Shown: positions 13,201 through 25,579 of the stretch, one piece after another
How positions within the stretch are numbered: position 1 is the first letter of the stretch
Layout: the number at the start of each line of letters is the position of its first letter
Assembly (NCBI GenBank): GCA_009914755.4
Contig: CP086569.2
Location: 13,312,001-13,376,000, forward strand
Origin: the human T2T-CHM13v2.0 reference genome, Homo sapiens
Direction of reading: 5' to 3'
DNA length: 64,000 nt
Translations under genes and position numbers: made by a program
Notes under the pieces: generated by a model
What the model saw: only the letters and a program-made list of their open reading frames with translations
What the model was told of the DNA's origin: nothing
Database searches by the model: none

Positions 13201-14243
13201 GACAGGGCTGCATTTAGAGTGAGAGTTTTATGGAACTACTGGACACCCTGTTTCTCTCTTTGGTTTAGAGTTGGGGGAATACTGACCACAGTCACACAAT
13301 GACAAGACAACACCAGTTGGCACAAGAGCTCTCCAGCAACAAGGTATCCGAGACTCAGACTTCTGCTTTGGAACAAAAATGTGCACCTCCTGAAGGTTAG
13401 CCACTTCCCATCCAGGACACTGTAAAACCCATCTAAAGTGCAAAGACAGACCAGCGGATTGAAATAGAACAGATCATGAAACATTGATTGATAGGTGCTT
13501 AGCTTCCACATCACCTTGCCCTGAAGAAACAACTGGTGATCAAGTCGTGGTGCGGCGCCACAGAACATCCACAATTATCCAATGCTGCTGCATTCAAAGA
13601 GGGAGTTTCCACTTCATGTGCCAGTGCGGCAGACTTTCAGCAAAGGCACGGAGTGGAAAAACAGCAAAAGAACTTGTCACTACACTACAGCCCACAAAAA
13701 GGAGACACTGTCACAAAATCAAGTCCAGCCTGGAGATTGCAGTGGCTTAGAATTTTATGACTCTGTGACAACAGTTTCTTTCTACCCCTTGCCTGCCCCC
13801 CTGCACTCAAGGAATCTTCTGATCACCCCTCAGAATATCCTTAGCATCTTCCTTCTCAGCCCTTCTCTACTCAAAGGCAGTTTCTGTTTTCTGCAAAGAG
13901 TTGAGTCTTCTCTTCTGGCATGAGGCTGACCAAGATGTATGCAAATGTCTGTCTTGAATGCTGTTATTATACAGACACAAGCAGGCTTGGGGAAACCTGT
14001 AGCTTTCACTTTAGAGAGCTCCAAACGCGTCCCTAGAACAGAGAATCTTTTCTGCTATTCCTGGGAATAGAGTCTTCCAGTACACCTCATGAAAACAGCC
14101 CTTAAGATCCCTGCCCCGAAAATTTTCCTCTCTAAGTCCAGAGTGAGAGAAAACAAGAGAGAAGCAGCTCTGTGATTTACCAAATCTCTCCTCTGAATTA
14201 AGAAGTCATCTGTTCTGTTTGTGTGTTTTAAATTGCATTCATG

Positions 14244-14385
14244 GCCAGGCGTGCTAGCTTGCCCCTATAATCCCAGAACTTTGAGACGCCAAAGGAGGAA
14301 GACTGCTTGAGCCTAGAAGTTCAAGACCAGCCTGGGCAACATAGCAAGACTCTGTCTCTACAAAATTTAAAAAATATACAATTAA
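14244..14385 (+). mobile_element. Alu-monomer-like fragment (FLAM/left arm) with A-rich tail
   Basis: ggccaggcgtgctagcttgcccctataatcccagaactttgagacgccaaaggaggaagactgcttgagcctagaagttcaagaccagcctgggcaacatagcaagactctgtctctacaaaatttaaaaaatatac. Confidence 0.8.
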
Positions 14386-14675
14386 GGGCCAGGCACAGTG
14401 GCTCACGCCTGTAATCCCAGCACTTTGGGAGGCCGATGCAGGCAGATCACAAGGTCAGGAGTTCGAGACCAGCCCAGCCAATATGGTAAAACCCTGTCTC
14501 TACTGAAAATACAAAAATTAGCTACTACAGGCACGCGCATCTGTAGTCCCAGCTACTCGGGAAGCTGAGGCAGAAGACTCACTTGAACCCGGAAGGCAGA
14601 GGCTGCGGTGAGCTGAGAATGCAACACTGAACTGGAGCCTGGGCAACAAAGTGAGACTCTCTAGGGAAAAAAAAT
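14386..14675 (+). mobile_element. Alu SINE
   Basis: ggccaggcacagtggctcacgcctgtaatcccagcactttgggaggccgatgcaggcagatcacaaggtcaggagttcgagaccagcc ... gcctgggcaacaaagtgagactctctagggaaaaaaaa. Confidence 0.92.
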
Positions 14676-14885
14676 ATATATATATATACACATACATATA
14701 TATACACACACACACACACACGTGTGTATATATATATGTGTGTGTACATATATGTATGTATTATATATTTATATATGTGTATATATGTATATGTATATTT
14801 ATATGTGTGTATATATGTGTTTATATATATTTATATGTGTGTATATATGTGTGTGTATGTGTATATATGTATATATGCACATTTA
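14676..14885. repeat. Compound (TA)n(CA)n(TG)n(TATGTG)n microsatellite
   Basis: tatatatatatatacacatacatatatatacacacacacacacacgtgtgtatatatatatgtgtgtgtacatatatgtatg... Confidence 0.95.
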
Positions 14886-15175
14886 AAAATAAATACATAA
14901 AATGCACTCATGAATGATCCAGTGTGGTCTAGTACAAAAAGGAGGTGTCTTAATGATTTAATGATAAAAAATAGAGCCAGCATCTTTCTTGTGGGATGAG
15001 GTTACAATCTATGTTCACATATCTAGGCCTCTTAAGTCAACCGGTATATCTGAAGTCCACAAAACCCAAGGACAGGGAGATGGGGCTCACCGGTCCTTGC
15101 GGGGCAGGCCTTTTCTGCCATTCCTGCCATTCCTGCCAGCCAGCCCTCTGCCTGCAGGAGGATTAACCTGAATTG

Positions 15176-15484
15176 TTATTTTTTTTAATTTCAATTTTTT
15201 TAGAGACAAGGTCTCACTCTGTCACTCAGGCTGGAGTGCAGTGGTGCAATCATAGCTCACTGCCACCTTGAACTCCTGGGCTCAGGACCCTCCTACCTCA
15301 GCTTCCCTAGTAGCTGGGACTACAGGCACGTGCCGCAATGCCCAGCTGATTTTTAAATTATTTTCCTACAGATATGGTCTCCCTATGTTGCCCAGGATGG
15401 TCTCAAAGTCCTGGCCTCAAGCAGTCCTCCCGTCTCAGCTTCCCAAAGGGCTGGGATTACAGGCCTGAGCCACCAAGCCCGGCC
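15176..15484 (-). mobile_element. Alu SINE
   Basis: tttagagacaaggtctcactctgtcactcaggctggagtgcagtggtgcaatcatagctcactgccacc ... ctgggattacaggcctgagccaccaagcccggcc. Confidence 0.92.
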
Positions 15485-15939
15485 ATCCCTTTATCTGTAC
15501 TGGAAACAGAAATTAAACCCACGATCTGAACTTTAAGAACTCAAGGCAGCGTCTTCCCAGAGCTTTAGTTAGGGCCGTTTCAGAACAGACTTCTTCCCAT
15601 GGGCCTTCCAGGCAGTGACAGGCTCAGACACTGCTATTGGGAATAGCCAATGCTATTCCGAAGAAACAAGCCCATTGAGTTTCAGGACTATATTTTACAA
15701 AAGGAAACTGGTGAGAACCCAAGGTCCCCTTCACTTGCTGTAAATCACCCCCTCCCAGCAGCTGAGGCTGGTATCTCCATTCCCTCCAGCCCCAGAGAGA
15801 CCTGGGCGAGGGAGTGAGGGGGAGACTTGGGGTTTGGGGCAATCCTGCGGTCAAAGTGGGGTTCTCCCCAGTGCAGACCAATCTCTCACCCATGCCAGTA
15901 GGAACAGGCAGGCTGAACTGAAGGAGCTTGAGCTACTCA

Positions 15940-17560
15940 CCCGACATGGTCCGTGGCGCCGCACGCAGTGGGCGCGGACCCGCAGACCTGCGCCCAGGCG
16001 CAGTGGGTGGAAATAAATCCTCGTCACGAACCCGCAGAACAGAGGCGCCGTCTTTGGGAAGCCGCGTGGATTTCCAGGCCTGGGGGCGACAGCGTGGCTG
16101 CCTCGACACCCTCGGCTGCAGGCCTCGCCGGTGTCACCCCCGGCCTCCTACTCACTCCATGTCACCTGCGCCCCATGGGGCCCCGGCCTCCCCCGACGCC
16201 CCTGAGACCCCCACGCCCCGCAATTCCTCCTCGGCGCTCTAGGTCAGCCTCGTGCCCTCTGGCCAGGGGCCCCTTGACCCCCTGTCCTCCCCACAGTCAC
16301 CTGCGACCCCGCTGATTCTTAATACCCATGCGCCCAGCAACGACACCGCACGCGGAACACCGCCCGACCTCAGCGGTGTCAGCAGCTGCCCCGTCGCCCA
16401 GCGCACTTGCTTGGAGTACTGGTACATCCTCTTCCCCCAACCCAGCTGCCCCCCGACCCGGTCACCCCTCTCCACTCCCTGGCCCACCCCTGCGCTCCCG
16501 GACCCCAGTATCTGCACCTCCTCCGAGCTTGAGCTGCCTCTGCCCGTGTCCCCAGGCCAGGCGCCCCCTCCCCCGTCACTCCAGTGCCGCCCCACCCCAG
16601 CCCACTCCTGCGCCTCTCGCCGCCCCTCCTCCCCGTCCCGGCCTTCTGCCCATCCTCTCCAAGCGCCCCCGAATCCCCTCCACGCCCTGCACCTCTCCCT
16701 CCCCGCGCGCTCCCGCAGCCTCTGCCTTGGGCCTGCGCCTCCCTCCCCAAGCCTCTCAGCTCTACGTCCCCGCCCCCGTCTGTCCTCCATACTGAGGCAG
16801 CCTCCGTCTCCCCGTGCCCACTGCGCCTGGACCACCTGTACTCCTCAGCACTCGGCGCCTCGGCTCGGCCCACCCACCCGCAAGCGCCGCTAGCCTATCC
16901 CTGCGCCCCGCACCCCTCCCCGCCTTTGCTTTTGGGCAACCTCTCTCTGACCTCCAGCTCCCAGCGCCTCTCGCCCCACCTCTGCACTCCAAGGCCGGCG
17001 CCCCTCCCCCAGCCCCCAGCCTCTGCCTCTGGGTTCCGCCCGCGCCCCGCTGTACGCCACCCACCCTCGAGACCTCCTAGGCGTTCGGGCAGCCTCAGCG
17101 CCCCCCGGCCCCCAGCCGCGCCCAGGCCTCCTCCACTGCATACGATCCCCTGCACCCCGCTGCAGCCCCCGCACCTCTTCCGGCGCCCTGGCTGCCTCTG
17201 CCCAAAGCCGGCGCTGGGGGCCCGGAGGGCAGCGATTGGCCTCTGTCCTGAAGCCCGGCCCCGCCTCCGCCCAGCCCTGGTAGGCGCGGGTCAGCTCCTC
17301 AGCCCTGCAGCCCCTGCCCGCAAGCCCGCGCGCCTCCTGGTGTCCAGCCCCAGCTACCAAGGAGAGAGACCCAGGAACCGCCAGTGGCTGCGCTCCACGC
17401 CGGCGCCCAGCCCCTCGCCCACCGCGGCCCCCTTGGCAGTTGGCGGTTTCTAGGTTTGGACATTTAACCTTTAATTGGCCGGCCCCAAAGTAAATGTTTG
17501 CGATGACTTAAGGCCCTGGGCCCAAGGCCAGCGCGCAGCCCGAGTGGAGGCCGCTCTGGA
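15940..17560. promoter_or_regulatory. CpG island (~1.6 kb, very GC-rich) with strong C-over-G strand bias on the plus strand; candidate promoter or 5' region of an unidentified transcript
   Basis: Dense CpG and GC boxes (ccccgcccc at ~16770; ggccccgcctccgcccagccc at ~17250; gattggcc = CCAAT on the minus strand at ~17234). Long C/T-rich runs give proline-rich ORFs in all plus frames and Gly/Arg-rich ORFs on the minus strand. Flanking DNA is CpG-poor. Confidence 0.65.
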
Positions 17561-17599
17561 AGCCTCCCAGAGGAGAAAGCAGAGCTCATACACTATCTT

Positions 17600-18885
17600 G
17601 TTGAATGCATGAAAAATACACGTGCGCAAACTTGCACGCATGAATGAATGAATGAATGCACGAAAGAGAGAAAAAATGAGTGTTCAGGCCTCAGCTGTTG
17701 AATACATAGCGAGTGAGTGGCTATACGCACGCGGTGAGTGCATGTATGAGTGACTGCATGTATGCGTGAATGCATGTGAGGCGAGAATGAACAAACAACA
17801 ATTCGTGAATGAGATAGCGAGGAAATGAATGAACCAGTGACTCAACATTTGCGCCAAGGAGGGAATGAATGCATGAGTTGAAGGCATGAATGGGCCAATG
17901 CATGTATGAAGGAATTTAGAGATACATGCATGAATGGAGGAGTGACTGTGTGGAAAAAATAGGTGAATGCATGCATGCATGAATGAAGGCATGAATCTAT
18001 GAATGAGGGAATGAATGAGTTGAATGCATGAATGATTGAATGAACAAGTGAATTCATACATGCATAGTGCATGAATTAGTGAAAGGTGAATTCATGTATG
18101 CATGAGTAAACAAATAAATTAATGCCTGCATGAATGAGTGCATGAATGAGTGAACAACTGAATTCATGAGTGATTGAGTGCATGAATGACTTAAGTGAAT
18201 TCATGCTTGTGTAAGTGCATGTATGAGTAAGTGAACAGGTGAATTCATGTATGCATGAGTGCATGTATGAGTGAGTGAGCAAGTGAATTCATGTATGCTT
18301 GAGTGCATGAATGAGTGAACAAGTGAGTTCATGCCAGCATGAGTGAGTGTATGAACGAGTAACTAAGCGAATTCGTATATGCATGAGTGAGCACGTGAAT
18401 GACTGAGTGAACAAGTGAATTCATGCCTGCATGAGTGAGTGAGTGAATTCATCCATGCAGGATTGAACGAGCAGGTAAAGTCATGCATTTATACAGGAAT
18501 GAATGTGTGTGTGTGAGTGAATGAACAGAATACATGACAAGTGAATATGTGGATGAATGAATGAGTGAATAAATATGTATGAGTACATGAATAAGCTGAA
18601 CAAACTAGCATGTGTGTTAATGCACACACACGAGTGAATGAGTGAAGACTGCATACATTTCATGAATTCATGTATTATGTATAAGTGAATGAATGAATTG
18701 AATGCATGAACAAGTTAATGGATGCATGAATGAATTAAGTGAAAGTGTGAATGCATGCATGCGTGAGTGAATTGAATGAATCAATGAATGTGTGAATGCA
18801 AGCATGTATGAATACATGAGTTGAATGAGTGATGATTGTGTGAATGCAAGTGTGTACGAGTGCATGAGTTAAGTGAATAAGTGAG
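17600..18885. repeat. GAATG/CATTC-derived satellite-like array with a ~43-bp higher-order unit containing GAATTC
   Basis: tgaatgaatgaatgaatgcacg...; gtgaattcatg(t/c)atgcatgagtg recurs at ~18083, 18150, 18195, 18240, 18283, 18325, 18368, 18415 and 18442; TGAATG/TGAGTG pentamers throughout. Confidence 0.9.
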
Positions 18886-19214
18886 AAACCCTGCTCTGTA
18901 GCAAGAGAGCGCCTTCTGGGTGGAAGCAACTTGGAACTGCACCAAGCAGAGCCACTGCCAGGCCCTAAGGAAAGACATGGGAATGCTGCCCCTTCCTCAA
19001 CCTTCCTATGGCGTCTTCACCTTGTGTTTCCAGGTATTCCCAAAGTACAGTGACAGTTGTCACAATGAACCCAATGAACACAACCCCATGCTGGCATCCT
19101 CAGGATAGATTCTGTCAGCTGTCGAGCAGCTCACTGGCAGGGTAGACAGGCAGGGGCCTGCCTCCTGCCTCCTTCTAGGCAGCTCTTATCTCTCTGGCCT
19201 GGTGAACACATTTT

Positions 19215-19470
19215 TCTCCCCATGCATAACAGAAGCCTCTGATCTCCTTAACACACATCACCCACCCCTGGGCATCTTATCCAGAGCAGAAGTTGGGGAA
19301 AACCCATCTTCATTATGGAGTCCCAGTGCTTAAGGGCTTGAGGTCTTTGCGGTGGCATCATCCTGTGCACTACAGCGTGTTGAGCAGTGTCCCAGGGCTC
19401 CACCCACCTGATACCTGGAGCACCCCCACACAATGGTGACGACATCACCAAGAGTCCCCCAACAGAACAA
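19215..19470 (+). mobile_element. Ancient DNA-transposon fossil (Tigger1-like), copy 1
   Basis: Carries the deeply conserved motif ...tcctgtgcactacagcgtgttgagcagtgtcccagggctccacccacctgatacc... (compare the consensus gtcctgtgcattgtaggatgtttagcagcatccctggcctctacccactagatgcc). Confidence 0.45.
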
Positions 19471-19589
19471 AAACTTGGGCTTCTATTTCCTTATGATGTT
19501 TTTAATGCACTCCCTAAATTAAGAAAACAAAGTAAACAGAGCTTTCCTGTGCTTCAGCAAGGATGTGAAAAACTTCAAATTACACTGGT

Positions 19590-19805
19590 GGTTTCTTCAG
19601 CCTATGGCAGGCTTTCTCAGACTCTTCAACCATATTTGGGGCTAGATAATTACTGTGGAGCCATCCTGTGCACTGTGCCTTGTTTAGCAGCATCCGCTGG
19701 GCTCCACCTGCTACGTGCAGTACCACACCCCACCTAATCCTAACAAGCACAAGGGACTGCACACATTACCATGTGTTCTCTGGCATCAAAATCACCCAAG
19801 TGACA
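19590..19805 (+). mobile_element. Same ancient element family, copy 2 (ends with the ...ccactg terminus)
   Basis: ...atttggggctagataattactgtggagccatcctgtgcactgtgccttgtttagcagcatccgctgggctccacc...caaaatcacccaagtgacagccactg. Confidence 0.45.
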
Positions 19806-19831
19806 GCCACTGCCATGGTTAGATGTAGAGA

Positions 19832-20535
19832 GATGGATGATAGATAATAGAAAACAGATAATAGCTAGATAATCAATAGATGATAGGAAGATAATGATAG
19901 ATATAAATAAACAGAAAATAAGTAGATGGTAGAAAAACAATGATAAATATAGAGGGATGACAGGTAGACAGATGATAGAGACAGAGACATAAATGAGGAC
20001 TGATAGATTAGAGAAACAGATAAATAATAGATAAATGTTGATGATAGATAATAGATAAATGATGATGATGATAGACACATAGATAATAGATAAATGTGAT
20101 GATGATGATAGGTAGACAGGCAGAAAGCCATAATAGATAGACATAGATAGATAAATGACAGGTAATAGATAAATGATAGATGGATGGGTGGATAGACATA
20201 TAGATTGATGTTAGATACATAGATTATATGTAGACAATGGACAGATAAATGATGAGGATAGATTAGATTGAGAGGCAGAAAGACAGGGAGGCAAGCAGAC
20301 AGATAGATAATAGATTGATAGAAGAAGATGAAGAAGAAAATGAGGAGGAGGAAGATAGGAAGACAGATACTAGATAAATGATAGATAATACGTAAATAAT
20401 GACGATAGATGGATGATGGATGGCTAGATAGATGGACAGATAATAGATAAATGATACATAGGTAATAGATAAATGATGATGATAGATGAATGGATGGATA
20501 GACAGATAGATACATAGATAGGCAATAGACAGAAT
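19832..20535. repeat. ~700 bp compound (GATA/GATG/GAAGA)n array, the reverse complement of the motif at 4280-5082
   Basis: agatggatgatagataatagaaaacagataatagctagataatcaatagatgataggaagataatgatagatataaataaacag...; the Ile/Tyr/Leu/Ser-rich minus-strand ORFs at 19740..20673 are artifacts. Confidence 0.95.
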
Positions 20536-20537
20536 CT

Positions 20538-20930
20538 TTCTCAACTTTACTACTATTAAGTTGAATGACTGTGGGGGGCGTCCTGTGCACTGCAGGGTGT
20601 TGAGCAGCGTCCCTGGGCCCCACCCACCAAGTGTCAGGAGCACTGTTCTTCTCTCTGGAACAGGGGTCTCCAAAATAGAGTCTCAGGCTGCGTTTTGCTG
20701 AGAACCCTCACCACATCTTTTGATTTTGAATTCGGGGTAAGATGTGCAGGCTCAGTCCTGGTCCAGCAGCATCAGCATCACCTGGGAAACTGTGTCATGC
20801 ACATTCTTAGGCATCCGAACTCTGAAATCAGAACCCTGCGTCTCGGGGCTTCCCCCAACCCCGCTATGTGAACCAGGCCTCCAGGAGTTCCTAATGCGCA
20901 GGCTTGAGAGGCACTGCTTGCATTTCTGAG
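20538..20930 (+). mobile_element. Same ancient element family, copy 3 (two adjacent sub-elements)
   Basis: ...ctcaactttactactattaag...gggggcgtcctgtgcactgcagggtgttgagcagcgtccctgggccccaccc...gctgagaaccctc, then ...cagtcctggtccagcagcatcagcatcacctgggaaactgtg...gaactctgaaatcagaaccctgcgtctcggggcttccc...gcttgagaggcactgc (compare the ctgggaacttgttagaaatgca...ctgaatcagaatctgcattttaacaagatcc motif). Confidence 0.45.
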
Positions 20931-21572
20931 ATTTGAGGGTGTTGGGGAGGGGTAGCTGGAGCCAGGAGGGCTGGAGAAGGTGGGGCATGGATTTGGCAGA
21001 GACAGAAAAGGGTTGAAACAGCCACAGAGAAAGAGACGTTGGCCCAGTTGCAGGGATGTTTAAACAGCATGTTTAGGGAACGCAGGAGGCCTCAGTCTCC
21101 CAACACAAACAAGTGTAGGTGTTGCACCATTCTCTGCCCCATAAATCACCCCACCTCTCCTCACCCGCCTGTTTCTCCCATTCCACTGAGAATTGGTGCT
21201 CTGAAAGCAGAGTATAAGGCACCAAGTCACAAGGCAACATTCATGATCCCCGGGCAAAAGGGTAGCTCCGTCTTTAAACCCGGAGGAGGCATCTTCCCCT
21301 GGGGGTTGCCGGGCTTCTGTTCTTGTGTGTGTTGGTCTCCAGGAAGCCATGGAGAGCTTGACAGCAGGTGAGCTTTGTCATGGGTGCATTCAGAGTAAAC
21401 ATTTCTCTCCTCCCTGTTGGTGGGAATAGGTGAATGCCAATTTTCCTAGGGAGGCATTTGAAGAAAACGTCAAGACATTTATATGCCTGGGACAATTTTA
21501 TTGGAGAGTTAGTTACAAGACCTTTTTAAAGTTACATGTGTACTGGGAAAGGAAGGATTGAAACCCAGCAGG

Positions 21573-22020
21573 CAGCTGGGCATGGTGGCTCATGCCTGCC
21601 ATCCCAGCACTTTGGGAGGTAAAGGCAGGAGGATCGCATGAGCTCAGGAGTTCAAGAACAGCCTGGCCAATATAGTGAGATCCCTCTGTCTTTACAACAA
21701 ATTTTAAAAATTAGCACAAAGTGTTGGCACACGCCTGTTGTCCCAGCTACTCAAGAGGCTAAAGTGGGAGGCTCACCTGAGCTCAGGAATTCAAGACCAG
21801 CCTGGCCAATCTAGTGAGATACCCCTCATCTTTACAAAAAAAAATTTAAAAAAAAAAACAGCTGGGAGTGTTGGCACATGCCTGTAGTCCCAGCTACTCA
21901 GGAGGCTAAAGTGGGAGGATTGCTTGAGCCTGGAAGTTCAAGGCTGCAGTAAGCCATGATCAGCACTCCAGCCTGGGTGACAGAGCAAGACTCTGTCTCA
22001 AACAACCACAAAAAAAAATC
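21573..22020 (+). mobile_element. Composite Alu cluster: two left-arm-like segments in tandem plus a right arm
   Basis: gctgggcatggtggctcatgcctgccatcccagcactttgggaggtaaagg...; second ...gtgttggcacacgcctgttgtcccagctactcaagaggctaaagtgggagg...; third ...gctgggagtgttggcacatgcctgtagtcccagctactcaggaggctaaagtgggaggattgcttgagcc...gagcaagactctgtctcaaac. Confidence 0.85.
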
Positions 22021-22390
22021 AAAAACAGATGTTTGTGCCAAGCTATTTCATTGCACAAAATGATTGTGACAAAGTTCTAAGAATTGAAGACAAGTACAGG
22101 ATGAGGGAACACATTTGCGATACACAGAACATGCATCTATATGTATGTGTGTGGGTCACAATTGCAATTACTACTCAATATTTTATATTTTGATAATGAT
22201 TAACATGATAATATATAAAGAACTACATTGGCAAACAACTTGACACAAAAATAAGCAAATAATTTGCAGCACATGCTGCTGGCTACCCAGTCAACCATTA
22301 TTTTTCCTTATTGTTGGTGGAGCCTGTATTTTTTCCCAGGGTTCCTTCATGCTTTCTCACCTGATCCCTTTATTTATTTATTTATTTATT

Positions 22391-22679
22391 TGAGAGGGAG
22401 TCTCACTTTTTTGACCAGGCTGGAGTGAAATGTGAAATGGCACAATCTTGGCTCACTGCAACCTCCACCTCCTGGGTTCAAGTGACTCTCCTGCCTCAGC
22501 CTCCCAAGCAGCTAGAAATATAGGCGCCCACCACTATGCCTGGCTGATTTTGTATTTTCAGTAGAGACGAGTTTTTACCATGTTGGCCAGGTTGGTCTTG
22601 AACTCCTGACCTTAGGTGATCCTCCTGACTCAGCCTCCCAAAGTGTTGGAATTATAGTCATGAGCTGCCATGGCTGGCC
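22391..22679 (-). mobile_element. Alu SINE, preceded by (TTTA)n
   Basis: gagagggagtctcacttttttgaccaggctggagtgaaatg...gctcactgcaacctccacctcctgggttcaagtg ... gttggaattatagtcatgagctgccatggctggcc. Confidence 0.9.
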
Positions 22680-23132
22680 TACACCTGATTACTTTTAGTT
22701 AGGGGCTGTGTGTAAATCAGGGATGAGGAATTGGGGGTGATACCTGAAAGAATGTCTTTGTTTTTAAAAGAGAAAATCTGAGAGGAAATGATCTTAACTG
22801 GGCCTCCGGATATTAGTGGATGAGGCTGTGATGTCTGGAGGTACAGCAGCTTCTGCCATGAGTGAAGTGGGCCAATGACATATGAAACACAGGACTGCAA
22901 GACACAGGGAACTGGCTACTGGAGGACATTGTTAAGCCCTCAAATTGATCCAGCCCAGAGGTCCTGAATCTAAGTACATCTTGTTACGGATGCTGTCTTT
23001 ATTGCTTCAACCATTTTGAGTTGGCAGAGATAGAAAAGGACTGAGGCAGTCAGACAGGGAGGGAGACTGATAAAACTGCAGAGATTTCAGGGGGAAACTG
23101 CCATCATTTATAAAATCGAGCAGAAATTGTGA

Positions 23133-23460
<328 letters not shown>

Positions 23461-23802
23461 GATCACCTGGACCCATTTAGATTAAATAAGTTTACTGAGG
23501 CTCCAGAGGAAGGTCTTCAGGACTCAGACCTTAGTTATAGATTAGAAGGAGTTAATCACTGTTTTTAGATGAATGCACACTTACACGTAGACATACAACT
23601 TAGAAGGTATAGAAGCTCTAGAGAACTTTGTAATTTTGAGTTAGTCTGGCTGTAATGTCCAGGCCTTCTCCATATAACTGGTTACAGAAATAAACTTCCT
23701 TCTCTCCTAGTTCATCTGCATCTTGTTTTTGGGCCACCAGAATAAGCATCCCGACCCTTGGTTTAGTTCAGGAACAAAAATTCAAACCGGAGTATGACAA
23801 AT

Positions 23803-23915
23803 TATCAACTTGAACCTGGGAGGTGGAGGTTGCAGTGAGCCAAGGTTGTGCCACTCTATTCCAGCCTGGGCGACAGAGTGAGACTCCATCTCAAAAATAA
23901 ATAAATAAATAAATA
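23803..23915 (+). mobile_element. Alu right-arm fragment with (AAAT)n tail
   Basis: aacttgaacctgggaggtggaggttgcagtgagccaaggttgtgccactctattccagcctgggcgacagagtgagactccatctcaaaaataaataaataaataaata. Confidence 0.88.
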
Positions 23916-24236
23916 AGTTATTTTAATAGCTTATTTTTCTCATTTTCCTACTAACGTACAAGGAATAGCAAATAGCATTGTTATTATCTATTACTCCTAC
24001 TGGCAGTAGGTCTTCCTAATTAGAACATTATTTACTTCATTAGCTTTCTAAAATGCTATATTTTGATAGACTGCTTTATCATTTTCTGGGTGAAATAATA
24101 AATTATTCTTCATTTTCCAGATATAAAAGGATTACTTCTAAAATCACATTAAATGGAGAATAATTTAATGAAAGTAATCAATTTTAAAAAGATTGTAGGC
24201 TTTTGTAATGTTCAAAATACCTATTTTTTTCTCTTT

Positions 24237-24524
<288 letters not shown>

Positions 24525-25507
24525 AAAAATCTAATTTTTAACAGATCTTTGGGGATATATGAATTTTAGTGTGGTCACCCCTTGTAAAATTTTTAGTATT
24601 TTAATCATTAAATTTAGTGACAATTAATATCCAAAACTCCCTCTTTTTTATTTTGAATATTTTGTGAAATTGTTGTACAGCTTATTTTAAAAGAACTTTC
24701 ATACTACAGACCTAAGAATAATACATTGAAAAAAATAAAATTTCTGAAGCTATAAGGACAACAGCTGCAAGGCCTCCTTAATACAATATATTGTTTTTAT
24801 TTTTACAGGAGATACACACACATACACGTAATATACATATTTTTCCTTTTGCACAAAAATGTTGTGATTAAAGCTTGAATGTCATTAGAATCACAAGATA
24901 ACACAAGTGTCCTCCTTAGCTAAACTAATGAGCCTATTTCCATTTGGATTTTTGCACCCCAATATTTTTTTTCTCTGCAGCCTCAAGGTCTCATTTGCAG
25001 AGAAAAGTTATGAAATGAAACAAAATCCATTGTCCTCACCACAAAACATGACTTCTGCACAGAAAACATACAGTAGGAAAAGTCTGAACTCTTTAGCAGG
25101 TCCTCAAAGGCAAAAAATGGCATCTGTGGATTCAAGAGGCAAGTATCACCTTGACTCAAATCCTTCATAGAACTGCAGAATCCCTCACTTTATCCATTTG
25201 AAGGAAAACTCTCAACCCTGTAGTTTGGATCAATGAAGCCTAGCAAACAGAACAGCTGCCACTTTTGCACGGTTCTCTAAGAAGATGTGTTTTAGATCTG
25301 TCAGATAGCATTGAAAAATCTCCTCTAGGTCTGGGTCGGTTGTCAGAATGATAAATTTCAGAAAAACCAAGCTGCCCACTTCTGACTGTTTTGAACTTCA
25401 TAGTAGAAAATAATATCAGAATCTTGCCATCTGCTATTTCTACCAAACCAGGGCAGCTTTCCAAAACTGGTGTCTCATCACAAGTTTATGGGTGAAAAGA
25501 ATCAAAT

Positions 25508-25563
25508 TTCCTTCCCTTCCTTCCTTCCTTCCTCCTTCCTTCCCTCCTTCCTTCCTTCTTTCC
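25508..25563. repeat. (TTCC)n microsatellite
   Basis: ccttcccttccttccttccttcctccttccttccctccttccttccttctttcc. Confidence 0.95.
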
Positions 25564-25579
25564 TATGTACCTTTTAATA

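Noticed and set aside
16239-17453. Long ORFs (up to 289 aa) on both strands across the CpG island, Pro/Ala/Ser-rich on plus and Gly/Arg-rich on minus
   Set aside because: Extreme low complexity driven by C/G strand skew; overlapping ORFs in all frames and both strands; no start or splice context and no recognisable domain. These are GC-rich sequence artifacts, not genes.
17593-18978. ORFs rich in His/Ser/Cys/Phe on the minus strand (60-125 aa)
   Set aside because: Translations of the GAATG satellite (CATTCA reading frames).
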